NCBI RefSeq assembly: GCF_004010195.1
Contig: NC_057720.1
Coordinates: forward strand, 14,478,373-14,525,502
Source of the DNA: Chiloscyllium plagiosum
Lineage: Eukaryota
Direction: 5' to 3'
Length of the DNA stretch: 47,130 nucleotides
The notes under the pieces are model-generated. The model had not been told where the DNA came from, did no database searches, and worked only from the letters and a program-made list of their open reading frames with translations. Shown one piece after another: positions 12,004-22,952 of this stretch; position 1 is the stretch's first letter; the number at the start of each line of letters is the position of its first letter. The position numbers and the translations under genes are program-made.

Positions 12004-12807
12004 GAGGGTCGGCTTGATGACACAGCTTTGTCTGAGCCCAGGTTTAATTGAGATAGGGGCTGTGGTAGCTTATTGATGAAAATAATGACCAGTGTGTCAT
12101 TGTGGAGTTGGTGGAGGATGCTTATTAATTTCTGAAGCCAACCCAATTTGAGATGTTTTTACAAGGGAACCTCTGAATTGAACATCTTCTTCCTCAACTG
12201 GGGATTCCCAACCACCACAGTTGACAGGTCCCTCAGTCCTGTCCAACACATTCTCCCACACTTCGGCCCTCACACCTTCTCTTCACTTCCACAACGCTGG
12301 TAGGGTCCCCCTTGTCTTCGCTTACCATTCCACCAACATCCACATCCAAAGGATCATTGACCACCATTTTGATCACCTCCAGCAGGATAACACCATCAGC
12401 CACAAACTCCATTCCCCTCCTTTATCAGCCTTCCACAGGGACTGTTCCCTCCCGGACCAATTAATCCACTCCTCCTCCAATCCCCACACCTCCGTCCACC
12501 CACACAGCACCATCCCATGTGATCGCAGAAGATTTAACACTTTCCCCTTTACTATCTCCCTCCTCACTGACCAATGCTCCAGGCACACCTTTCAGATAGA
12601 GTCATAAAGTCATCGAGGTTTACAGTGTGGAAACAGGCCCGTCAGCCCAACTTGCCCATGCTACCCAGTTTTCACAATTCAAACTCGTCCTATTTGCCTG
12701 CATTTGATCCATACCTATCCCATCATGTATCTGTCTAAATGTTTCTTAAATGATAAAAATGTACGCACTTTCACCACCTCTGTAGCCCATTACAGACCCT
12801 GACTACC

Positions 12808-12906
12808 TTATTCCTGATGAAGGACTTTTGCCCGAAACGTCGATTTTCCTGCTCCTTGGATTCTGCCTGACCTGCTGTGCTTTTCCAGCACCACTCTAAT
12901 CTAGAA
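12808..12906 (+). mobile_element. Short Penelope terminal insertion (family A) with 10-bp TSD
   Basis: TSD cctgactacc at 12798-12807 and 12907-12916. Confidence 0.9.
12810..12845 (+). ncRNA. Minimal type-I hammerhead ribozyme motif
   Basis: ATTC-CTGATGA-A-GGAC TTTT GCCC-GAAA-CG-TC-GATT. Core intact, with one mismatch in stem II. Confidence 0.65.
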
Positions 12907-13817
12907 CCTGACTACCCTCTATCTGAAAAAATTGCCCCTATGGACCTATTTGTACCTCTCCCCTCTAACTTTAAACCTATGCCCTCAAGTTTTAGACTCA
13001 CCTACTCTGGGGAAAAGCATTCAACTATTTAATGTATCTGTACCACCCACGATTTTATTGACCTCTATAAGGTCAACCTTCAGTCTCCTCCAGGGAAAAA
13101 GATTCCAGGCTATCCAACCTAAAACCTCCTTCCATTTCAGATAGCATCCCAGTAAATCTTTTCTGCACTCTTTCTGGTTTAATAATATCCTTTCTATAGT
13201 AGTACAACCAGAACTGTACACAATAAGCCAAATGTGGCCTCACCAACATTGTGTACAGCTGCAACAAGACATCCCATCTCCTATAGTCAGTGCTCTGACC
13301 AATGAAAGCAAGCATGCTGAAAGTCTTCTTTACCATCCTGTCTACCTGTGACTCCATTTTTAAGGAACTATGAACCTGTATCCCTAGATCCCTTTAATAC
13401 TCCAAAGGTTTAAGTCCCTCCCTGGTTTGCCTTACCAAAGTGCAAAACTTTGCATCTATCTGAAATAAACTCCATTTGCCATTCCACTGACCCCATTTAT
13501 CAAGATCTCAGTGCATTCCCAGATTCTATTCCCAGGTGAAGTAGCAATTTACCCTGCACTTCACTCAATCTGGTCTCCTGTATTCACAGTTCACAATGTG
13601 GTCTGCTTCACATTGGGAAAATGAAACACAGACTGGGCCACCACTTTGTAGAACAGCTATGTTCTGACTGCAAAAATAACCCTGAGCTTCTTATTGCCTG
13701 CGACCTCAATATTTCCGTCTCGGGTTTTCTGCAGTGCTCCAACAAAGCTCAGGGGAAGCTGGAAGTACAGCATCTCGTCTTCCGCTCGGGAACTTTGCAG
13801 CTTTCAGGACTCAATAT

Positions 13818-14540
13818 TGTTACGACATGGGGTAAACCCCTCTGCTCATTTAAGCCAGCAACACAGAAAAGATTCACCCCATGCTGTAATCTGTTAAAAT
13901 TTGAGAGGCAAAGAACATCCCAAAAATTATTATTTAAAATAAAAATTAGCAACTTTATTCTATAAGCCTAACAGAGAATATTAACTAACAACTATTTACA
14001 ACTCCTTTCTCTAAACCTATCCTTTACCTTCCCCTCTACAATACTGGTCCGATAAAAATCCCGATTATAATTTACCAAAAAAAAATCATGTTTCAAAACC
14101 AGGCAGCTTTGTCGAGTATTCTCTGTAGATTTTCCTCAGTGTTCTTTTCCTGTTCTTGGGGATTCTGCTTCACGGTCTTTAATAGATAAAGATACCTTTC
14201 AGAGGGGAGATGCTTCTGCAAGCTGTCTTGTTGGTGCTGGCTGCTCTTTTTGCTGCTCTGGGTAACTGTTCAAAATGTCTGATATTTATACCCCGAAACA
14301 TTGGATCGTTTAATTGGTTTTAATATTGTCAAAATATTAAATTCAAACTTGATTGGAGTTTGATATCTTTGGTCATAATTTAAACTGATTGACTGAATTT
14401 GAATTTGTTTTTGTATCCTGGCAATACATCTCTATGCTGGTTGTTTGACCAAATGTTACATTGTTACCTTGTTCAGAACACTTTGCTAGCCAGAAATTTC
14501 AGCTCCCTTGAAGGTACAGTACACCCCCGACTTCATAACA
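13818..14540. mobile_element. Solo LTR (723 bp) with 4-bp TSD
   Basis: Begins TGTTACGA and ends TCATAACA (inverted 7/8). ATAT is duplicated at 13814-13817 and 14541-14544. Excision restores the host Penelope reading frame. Confidence 0.9.
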
Positions 14541-14999
14541 ATATCAAGTTCAATTATTTTAGGCCCTGAGCACTTTCTCCCACCTCCTCACCCCAACACC
14601 ATCAAGTTATCACATTCACTGCTATCACAACCAAATCATTGTCAGTTACTAATGGTCCTGATTAGCAGTTATTGATTCTCCAATCCTTTGTTTGCCCAAC
14701 TGCTGTTCTCTCTCTCTCTCTCTGGGCTCCATCTCTACTTATCATATACAGTTCCCCCTCCTCCAAACCATCTTAAACATAAATATCATCCTTTTCCTAG
14801 TTACAAACAGTCCTGAAGAAGAGTCACTGAACGCAAAACATTAACTCTGCTTTCTCTCCACAGCCACCGCTGGACCTTCTGAGTTTTTCTCATAATATCT
14901 AGTTTTGTTCCTGATTTCCAGCATCTGCAGTTCTTTTTTTGTTGTTTCCTGCATAAACCTTTGTGGTTGAGAGAATGAAAGACTTTTGTTTTGTTAATA

Positions 15000-15790
15000 A
15001 AGCCAAGAACAGCAATTGGTGCTGTTCCACACATATTCTTGGATTTGCCATATGGTGTCTATCTTGACTATTTAGTTGAGCACTGTGACTTTGGAAAGTG
15101 GTCTCCAGCCAATGGAAAGAGACAACTGAGGAGGATCTGTGCAACGATTTTCCTGTGATAGACAGCAGGGACATTCAACTACAATTATCATTTGCTCCAA
15201 AGGCTTTGTTTATTTTCAGCTGTCAAATAGCTTTTTCAACTTTACTCATGAGTTGGGTGGCACCATGACCCCTCCAAGTAAAGTGCTGAGGAATACAGTT
15301 GAGGACATTCAATTAGAAACAAGGTTATAATTAAGCAGGCCTTCAAAATGTTCTTTCCAGTGACCACAAAGGGTCTCATTGTTCTTGATGAGCTTTGCTC
15401 TACATTTGGATCATAGCAGCTTGGACCAAAGATTGGACCAACTTGCGTGCGCCAAAGATTGTCATGAATGAAGAAATTATGTGCATCATTAGTGTCCAAG
15501 TGTTGTTAGAACCCCCATGAACTCTTTTTCTTCACGATTTGCTTATGTTGTCTGTTCAATGCAGTACCCTAGCTTCACACTTATGTAGGATTGCTTCTTT
15601 TCCCTTGAAGTGTGGTGAAGTTTCCAGTCAACAAAACTTTTGCATTTGTTCTCAATTAAGTTCAACATCTTTTGATCATCTTCATCGAACCAGTTACGAT
15701 AATCCCTGGTAAGGAGATGAAGTATCTTCACAGGTACTTGCTCTGGTAGACTTTAGAGTTAACCAGGCTCCATGGGCACTCTTTAAGTCA
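15000..15790 (-). mobile_element. Highly degraded RTE-clade LINE
   Basis: NWFDEDDQKMLNLIENK.K...W.....REKKQSY and SLLSITGK resemble RTE ORF motifs (DWFDEND.EI..L...K; GISLLSIAGK). Confidence 0.7.
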
Positions 15791-16981
15791 TGACTATAAA
15801 AGTTCAAACAATTACTACCTACTACATCACCCAAAGTGGGGCCCACTCATGCAGTTTGCATTGGCAGACTAATCAACGAAAGTGAATGCAAGGCAAGTGT
15901 CTTTCTGTCCTCAGAAGACAGAACCAGCAGAGCAATGATGGGCCAAATAGATTGTTTCAATTCTATAAAATCATATAATTTTATCCACATAACTTTCCAG
16001 ACAGGTCCACTCATAAACTATTAGATCGGTTCCTCACCCCCAACAGAAGGACATTTTGCATGACTTAACTAATCACTGGAAAAACTCGACCAGTTCCTAA
16101 TAAAGTCCATATTTGAACATATTTTTGATTGAAATCAATAATACTCCCTCAAACAAAACAGCAGAGACAATTACCATTAAAATGAAAAGCTACGGAAATT
16201 AATTTAGAATTTGTGTTTGTCTTCTGCTCACATTCCAAACATTCAATCATTTTACAATCACACTACCCATCAGAATTAAGAATGGAAGTTTATACTTCAA
16301 AGTAACTCATAACTGAAAGTGCTTTGATGTGGTCGTGCTTATAAGTGCAAGTGTTTTTTTTAGCTTATTTTGGTAAGAGCTGAGTACAGGTCACACATTC
16401 CACATTTCTGCTGTGACCTCTAGGAGTGGGATGAAACGATTATGGAAAACTAATTTCAGTTTGGAAGAAAATTAAGTGCCAATGCAAACAACGTTAAAGT
16501 TAGCTTTTGTCCATTATTTTGGATGGCTAAGTGATGATTTGCATTAATAGCATATTTTTTTTAATGCGCTAGCTAAAAGATTATGGGGTTGTGCAGCTTT
16601 AAGTAGAGCAGATTATGACAGGAATTAAAGTAACATCATCAATTTAATTGATTTTATAATGCATTTTAAAATTACACAATATCCATAGTCAGCCTGAGTG
16701 GTAATTGAGGAGCCTTGTCTAGGAGTTACAGTAAGCTGTATTGATTTCAAAACTTCAAGGATTTTACTCATGATGAACCTGCTTGAATTATTTTTCCAGC
16801 TGGTTTCAAATGGTTTCTTAGTTCTAGAAAGGAAAGGTTGTGCTGCAACTTGGCTTCATAGTAAATTGTGACATTTGTTGACCACCCGTAATTGCCCATG
16901 CCAGGACATTTAAGAGGGCAGTGAGGAATCAAAAACATTGTCTGAGTCTAGAGTCACATGTAGACCATACAATAAACCTGG

Positions 16982-17117
16982 TGAAAGGGAGGACTGCAAA
17001 TGCTGGAGATCAGACTCAAGATTAGAGTGGTGATGGAAAAGCACAGCAGGTCAGGCAACATCTAAGGAGCAGAAAAATCAACGTTTCAGGCAGGAGCCCT
17101 TCATCAGGAATGAGGCG
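16982..17117 (-). mobile_element. Short Penelope terminal insertion (family A) with 14-bp TSD
   Basis: TSD tacaataaacctgg (16968-16981) / tactataaacctgg (17118-17131). Confidence 0.88.
17076..17111 (-). ncRNA. Minimal type-I hammerhead ribozyme motif
   Basis: Minus strand: ATTC-CTGATGA-A-GGGC TCCT GCCT-GAAA-CG-TT-GATT. Confidence 0.65.
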
Positions 17118-17565
17118 TACTATAAACCTGGCCTGATTTCTACAATAATTCAGTAACTTTAAAATCATTATTTTTAAATTCCTGATTTACTAATTGGTTG
17201 AATTTAAATATTCCCCACATAGTGGGATTTGAAATCATATCTCAGAAGAATCAATTTGAGCCTGTGGAGTAAGCAATGTTAATGCTATGCTACAATCCCC
17301 TTGTTCAGAGCTTCTCAGAGGATGTGGTGTCTTACTCTAACAGTAACTGAACTGCTTTCAGTTTTCATGTTAACTCAGTTTCTCCACGGATGCTGCCAGT
17401 TCTGCTGGGTTTCTCCAGCTTCATTGTCCTTCGCAGTCACTGGGTCAAAATCCTGGAATTCTTTTCCCCAGGGACATGGTGGGTCAACCTACAGCACAGG
17501 GATTGCAGCAATTCAAGAAGGCAGCTCACAACCACCTTCTGAAAGGCAGCTAGGTTCTGGCCAAT

Positions 17566-17780
17566 CATAGAACATAGAACATAGAAAAGTACAGCACACA
17601 ACAGGCCCTTAGGACCACGATGTTGTGCTGAGATTTAATCCTAATGTAAAATATAGTAACTTAACCTACGCACCCCTAAACTCACTGCTATCCATATGCA
17701 TGTCCAGTAGTCGTTTAAATGTCCCAAATGACTTCGCTTCCACCACCACCGCTGGCAACGCATTTCATGAATTCACAATC
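17566..17780 (-). mobile_element. Short CR1 3' end with (TTCTATG)n tail
   Basis: catagaacatagaacatagaa tail. Similar to the 3' end at 46038-46210. Confidence 0.88.
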
Positions 17781-18375
17781 AGTGACATCCATATTCTATG
17801 AGTGAGTTTTTACAAATAAAATTTGCTGTTTATTTGAGTTGAAACTCATTTGCTGGTCTAGAAGTGAATTCTTTTGTTTTGAGATGCTCACTTAAATTTA
17901 GATTTTCCTCAGTGGATGTATTAGTTTTATTTTATATTTAAGGTGATCTTCTGATATAATGATAGCATCCCCACCCCAGAATGTTCAAGTTCCATATCAT
18001 GACTTGTTGGTCAAGGATGGTGCATGTATAATGTGACCAAATAGGTTGATTATCAGCCTATAAATCCTGATGGCGGATGGTAAGACTGAGAGTTTCCTGA
18101 TCATTCTTCTTGCAGCAGGTAAGGACAAATCACTGTAGTTCTCTCACCATTAATGTGGACCAATCTAATAGAAGTCCAGGTCCCAAACCTCAGAAACAAG
18201 GAGGGGAGAAATGGTAAACAAATCTTTATAGTAAAGAGCAACACAATGATTACCTGACACTTTAAGAAAAATTGTGCCTTTTGAGTTTGTAGTTATTTTA
18301 CTGGAGATGAGAAAGCTCTTATACTGTCACTTTTCACAGATGTCTTTCTGCGTCACCAGGCAATATAAAAACTGG

Positions 18376-18571
18376 GGTTAAAAATGTGTTGCTGGAAAAG
18401 CGCAGCAGGTCAGGCAGCATCCAAGGAGAAGGAGAATCGACGTTTCGGGCATAAGCCCATGCCCGAAACGTCGATTCTCCTTCTCCTTGGATGCTGCCTG
18501 AACTGCTGCGCTTTTCCAGCAACACATTTTTAAGCTCTGATCTCCAGCATTTGCAGTCCTCACTTTCTCCT
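18376..18571. mobile_element. Inverted (fold-back) Penelope terminal insertion, family A, 14-bp TSD
   Basis: 75-bp arms at 18378-18452 and 18459-18533 (1 mismatch) with a 6-nt spacer and a 37-nt tail on one arm. TSD aatataaaaactgg at 18362-18375 and 18572-18585. Confidence 0.95.
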
Positions 18572-18609
18572 AATATAAAAACTGGCCAAAGAAACACAAA
18601 ATAACATAG

Positions 18610-18925
18610 TGCGAATGTTTCCCCTTGTTGGGCAATGCAGAGGTCATAGTTTTAGGCTAATAGGCAGCAGACTTAAAGCAGAGATATAGAAGAATTACTT
18701 CTCTCAAAGGGTTGTGAGTCTGTGGGAGTCACTATCCCAGAGTACAGTGGACACCAGCACATTCGATAAATGTAAGGAAGAGGGAGACATTTTTAATTAA
18801 TAAAGGATTATATGTTCATGGGGAGCAGGTAGGAAAGTGGTGTTAAGGCCAAGATGAGATCAGCCATGATCATGTTAAATGGCAGAGCACGCACAATGGG
18901 CTGCATTACCTACTGTTCCTAGTTC
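18610..18925 (+). mobile_element. Degraded CR1 3' end
   Basis: aggtcatagtttt...aattacttctctcaaagggttgtgagtctgtgg (NYFSQRVVSLW) and a gatcagccatgatc 3' UTR, as in 6789-7195. Confidence 0.8.
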
Positions 18926-18997
18926 TTCCCCAAAAAAATTAAGAAGAAAATACCACTGTGCGATTTCAAGCCAGCAATACAAATTATGGTTCAGATA

Positions 18998-19266
18998 ATA
19001 GATTAGATGACTTACAGTGTGGAAATAGGCCCTTCAGCCCAACAAGTCCACACCAACCCAGACCCATTTCCCTACACCTAACATTACAGGCAATGTAGCA
19101 TGGCCAATTCACCTAACCTGCACATTGTTGGACTATGGGAGGAAACCCACGCAGACATGGGGAGAATGTGCAAACTCCACACAGTCAATCGCCTGAGGTA
19201 GGAATTGAACTCAGGTCTCTAGCACTGTGAGGCAGCAGTGCTAACCACTATGCCACCGTGCCGCCC
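18998..19266 (-). mobile_element. V-SINE / HE1-like tRNA-derived SINE
   Basis: Minus strand: ggcacggtggcatagtggttagcactgctgcctcacag (A box), gagttcaattcc (B box), V-domain gtggagtttgcacattctccccatgtctgcgtgggtttcc, (TCTAA)n tail. Confidence 0.92.
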
Positions 19267-19296
19267 ACTACTGAGGTCATTGTTTTACAAGGTGTG

Positions 19297-20015
19297 TGTA
19301 GTGATTTGAACCAGGTGGATCTTATTGACTATGAGACCTTCATTGAGGTTGTTCACCTGGGCCATTCAGGGAGCCCTGGCTGACAGATATAAACAGGAGA
19401 TTCACTTGGGTGTTTCTTTTTTTCCTGGTGGTGGAAATTGAATGAAGATTTGTACACCTTCTGTCTTTCACTGTGTCTCACACCTACACACACACAGCAT
19501 AGGTGCTGGGGAAAAAAAAATAAGCACTACCGCAATTAGGCGGTAGTGTGGGTGGGAAAAAAGAGCCGGAGTATCAAATCAAAATAAATAAGCAGGACTG
19601 TCAGATACTCTGTTGACTGAGAGCTGGCTCTGAGGGAGCTGGACCAGTGTCAAGGACTCTCCCTTGTTTGTGTCAGAGGAGGGGACTGATTCTGAGCTAG
19701 CTGGCCCACACAAAAAAAATAAACAGGAGATTCACTTGGGTATTTCTTTTCTTCCCGGTGGTGGAAATTGAATATAGATTAGTACACCTTGTGTTTTTCA
19801 CTGTGTCTCACACCTGCACACACACATCGTGGGTGCTGGGGAAAAATAAGCACTACCGCAGTTAGGCAGTAGTGTGGGGATAAAGAGGAAAAAAAGCATT
19901 TAAAAAAAGGAGATTCAGAGTCTCCTCACCTCAGGGGCTGACTCCAAGCTGGCTGGCCACATGTAAAGAAAGCACGACTTGGTGATGGGTTACTGGCCTG
20001 TGTGCAGCTATTTCA
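19297..20015 (+). mobile_element. Composite LTR relic (same family as 39392-39596) containing two copies of a ~165-bp module
   Basis: Starts TGTAGTGATT and ends CTATTTCA. Shares cagggagccctggctgacagatata and ggcct.tgtgcag.tatttca with the reverse complement of 39392-39596. No TSD found. Confidence 0.75.
19389..19879 (+). repeat. Direct repeat pair (19389-19552 and 19719-19879), each ending in a 9-bp-stem hairpin
   Basis: Both begin ataaacaggagattcacttggg and end cactaccgc-N6-gc(g/a)gtagtg-tggg. Confidence 0.92.
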
Positions 20016-20146
20016 GAATGGGTGTACGATAATTATTATTTCCTCCCTCTGTTTGGTTGCATTATAAACAGCAGACTTTAGAGTGACCCAAAGATAGAGA
20101 AGCGCTCTGAAATTATGACTGCACACACATACTGAGGTTGAAGATG

Positions 20147-20425
20147 CCAACTGCATAATTCTGTTACAGTGTTCCGGTATATCCTCACCCTGCACCGACA
20201 CTGCCTCACTCATCTGGAGGAAATGGCATTGAGTCTGAAAGAACTAGGCTCTCCTGTACCTCCTGCACATCCCCAGGAGCACTTCAGCTCTGACCTCTTC
20301 ATGTGGAGGCTGTCCAGCATCAGTTGGAGGTTGAGTTTGGTCCTGGGCTTGCTGTACTTGTTCCTCCTCCATTTTGACGATAAGCCCTTCTGTGGCACGA
20401 TCCATCAGTCACATTTGCAATGAAC
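20147..20425 (-). pseudogene. PIF/Harbinger (HARBI1-like) transposase N-terminal relic
   Basis: Minus strand with one stop and one frameshift: MDRATEGLIVKMEEEQVQQ...RRYRRA*FFQTQCHFLQMSE/QCRCRVRIYRNTVTELC. This resembles the HARBI1-family N-terminal motif L.MSE.QC.RRLR.SR.TV..LC (recognition by eye). Confidence 0.55.
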
Positions 20426-20872
20426 CTGTGTGGGGAACATAAGAAACAGAACAGTTCCTTTATAATGTGTTAGAATTCACATCACTCACAAATGACGTTT
20501 CAGCACATTCCTCCAATGGAGTGGAACATGCAGCACTCAGACTAGGAGGGCCATGGAATGTCTCTACATGAAACTTTGTACCTAATTCCACTGATACAGC
20601 ACCTGTCACATTGCAGACAGACAGAAGGAGACTGGAAATGCTGCATGAGTTGAAACTCAGTGTCCTCCCAACCCCACACCCCTCAAGAAAGGCAACATTC
20701 AAGAAAGTGGAGAATACTTATAATTCAAGATGAGCGAGAATTGGTTCTATTCCTCTCTGCAGTCCATGAAATCATAGGATCAGCACAGATAGTGGCCATT
20801 CAGACCATCAAGTCTGCGCTGACCCTCTAAAGAGCATCCCACTCAGAGCCACCCCCTGATTTTGATGAGTTT

Positions 20873-21152
20873 GGCACGGTGGCTCAGTGGCTAGCACTGC
20901 TGCCTCACAGCACCAGGGATCTGGGTTCAGTTCCAGCCTTGGGCAATTGTTGGTGTAAAGTTTGCACGTTCTTCCTGTGTCCGTGTGGGTTTCCTCTCGG
21001 TGCTCCAATTTCCTCCAACAGTTCAAAGATGTGCAGGTCAGGTGAATTGGCCATGGGAAATTGCCATAGTGTTCAGGGATGTGTCGGTTGGGTGATTAGT
21101 CAGGAGAAATACAGAGTAATAGGGCAGGGGAATGAATTTGGGTGGGTTACTC
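20873..21152 (+). mobile_element. V-SINE / HE1-like SINE
   Basis: ggcacggtggctcagtggctagcactgctgcctcacag head and V-domain. Confidence 0.9.
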
Positions 21153-21180
21153 TAGGCAAAAAACAAAGAAAAAGAAGGGG

Positions 21181-22097
21181 GGGGGCGGAACGGTGCCTCA
21201 GTAGTTAGCACTGTTGCCTCACAGCACCAGGGTCCCAGGTTCAATTCCAGCCTCGGGCGACTGTCTGTGTGGAGGTTGCGCATTCTCTCTGTGTCTGCGT
21301 GGGTTTCCTCCGGGTGCTCTGGTTTCCTCCCACAGTCCAAAGATGTGCAGGTTCAGTGAATTGGCCGTGCTAAATTGCCCATCGTGTTAGGTTCATTAGT
21401 CAGCGGTCAATATAGGGTAGAAAAATGGGTGTGGGTGGGTTACTTTTCAGTGAGTTGGAGTGGACTGAGTCATAGAGATATACAGCATGGAAACAGACCC
21501 TTTGGTCCAACCCGTCCATGCTGACCAGATATCCCAACCCAATCTAGTCCCACCCGGCCCATATCCCTCCAAACCCTTCCTATTCATATAACCATCCAAA
21601 TGCCTTTTAAATGTTGCAATTGTACCAGCCTCCACCACTTCCTCTGGCAGCTCATTCCATACACGTACCACCCGCTGTGTGAAAAGGTGCCCCTTAGGTG
21701 TCTTTTATATCTAAGGACATCCCAACTCCTGTACTCAATACTCTGACCAATAAAAGAAAGACTTCTTTACTATCCTATCTACCGGCGACTCCACTTTCAA
21801 GGAGCTATGAACCTGCACTCCAAGGTCTCTTTGTTCAGCAACACTCCCTAGGACCTTACCATTAATTGTATAAGTCCTGCTAAGATTTGCTTTCCCAAAA
21901 TGCAGCACCTCGCCTTTATCTGAATTAAACACCATCTGCCACTTCTCAGCCCATTGGCCCATCTGATTAAGATCCTATTGTAATCTGAGGTAACCTTCTT
22001 CGCTGTCCACTACACCTCCAATTCTGGTGTCATCTGCAAACTTACTGGTTGGGCCAAAGGGCCTGTTTCCATGCTGTAGGGAATCTAATCTAATCTA
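21181..22097 (+). mobile_element. V-SINE / HE1-like SINE split by a CR1 (21467-22046)
   Basis: Head and V-domain at about 21186-21465. The tail gttgggccaaagggcctgtttcc...(aatct)n resumes at 22047. Confidence 0.9.
21467..22046 (-). mobile_element. CR1 (HER1-like) 3' fragment with internal deletion
   Basis: KFADDT, QWAEKWQM.FN..K, RVWNELPEEVVEAGT. The segment between about 21712 and 21720 is deleted relative to the 8809 copy. Confidence 0.92.
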
Positions 22098-22267
22098 TTG
22101 TGTCATAAGCATGGAGATACAGTGAAAACTGTTGTTTTGTGTGCTATACAGGCAGATTGTACCATACAAAGTGATTCAGGGTAACAGAACAGAGTAAATA
22201 ATATAGTGTTACAACCACAGAGAAGATGCAGAGAGAGAGAGATCAAAATTAACAATTGAGACATCCG

Positions 22268-22302
22268 TTCCTGAAGAAGGGCTTATGCCCGAAACGTCGA
22301 TT
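22268..22302 (+). ncRNA. Minimal type-I hammerhead ribozyme motif (best-preserved copy)
   Basis: TTC-CTGAAGA(22271-22277)-A-GGGC TTAT GCCC-GAAA(22291-22294)-CG-TC-GA. Predicted cleavage after C22298. Confidence 0.72.
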
Positions 22303-22395
22303 CTCCTGTTCCCTGGATGCTGCCTGACCTGCTGCGCTTTTCCAGCAACACATTTTCGGCCCTGATCTCCAGGATCTGCAGACCTCACTTTCTCC
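22268..22395 (+). mobile_element. Short Penelope terminal insertion (family A) inside Rex1
   Basis: Flanks acatccgttc (22261-22270) and acatccattc (22396-22405). It carries the same 3' tail as 18534-18570. Confidence 0.9.
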
Positions 22396-22703
22396 ACATC
22401 CATTCAAAAGTCTGATAACAGCGGGAATGAAGCTGTTCTTGAATCTGCTCATACATATATTCAGACTTTTATATCTTCTGCCCGATGGAAGGGGACAGAA
22501 GAGAGTACAACTGGCTGGGAGGGGTCTTTGATTATGTTAGTTGCTTTCTCAAAATAGTGGGAAGTATAGATGGAGTCAATGGATGGAAAGTTGATTTGTG
22601 TGATGGACTGAGCTGTGTTCATGACTCTGTAGTTTCTTGCGGTCTTGAGAAGAGCAGTTGCCCTACCACGTGGTGAAATATCTTGATATAATGCTTTCTA
22701 TGG

Positions 22704-22952
22704 TTTAGATTAGATTAGATTAGATTACTTATAGTGTGGAAACAGGCCCTTCGGCCCAACAAGTCCACACCGACCCACCAAAGAGCAACCCCACCCATAC
22801 CCCTACATTTACACCTTTACCTAACACTACGGGCAATTTAGCATGGCCAATTCACCTGACCTGTGGACTGTGGGAAGAAACCGGAGCACCCGGAGGAAAC
22901 CCACGCAGACACGGGGAGAATGTGCAAACTCCACACAGTCAGTCGCCTGAGG
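22704..22952 (-). mobile_element. V-SINE / HE1-like SINE (head truncated) inside Rex1
   Basis: (TTAGA)n tail and V-domain ggaaacccacgcagacacggggagaatgtgcaaactccacac. Confidence 0.92.

Larger units (their letters stand above)
12597..13523 (-). mobile_element. CR1 3' fragment inserted in Penelope
   Basis: ORF 13073-13357: QVDRMVKK...LYTMLVRPHLAYCVQFW. Tail gagtcataaagtcat at about 12598. Confidence 0.92.
12160..14932 (+). mobile_element. Penelope-like element (family C), 3' part, split by a CR1 (12597-13523) and a solo LTR (13818-14540)
   Basis: RVPLVFAYHSTNIHIQRII..HF..LQQD (12221-12607). GIY-YIG remnant NLV.CI..SQCGLLHIGKMKHRLG.HF.EQL...KLEVQHLVFRSGTLQ.SGLNI. Removing the LTR restores GLNI|KFNYFRP*. 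Terminus with degenerate hammerhead at 14809-14846. Confidence 0.88.

Noticed and set aside
19525..19560. Helitron 3' end (subterminal hairpin)
   Set aside because: No CTRR terminus after the hairpin in either copy, and the flanks look duplicated, which Helitrons do not produce.
20873..20945. tRNA genes at SINE heads (also near 6757, 19260, 21190, 25350, 28010)
   Set aside because: A and B boxes run straight into SINE bodies with no proper acceptor stem, so these are SINE heads, not tRNAs.
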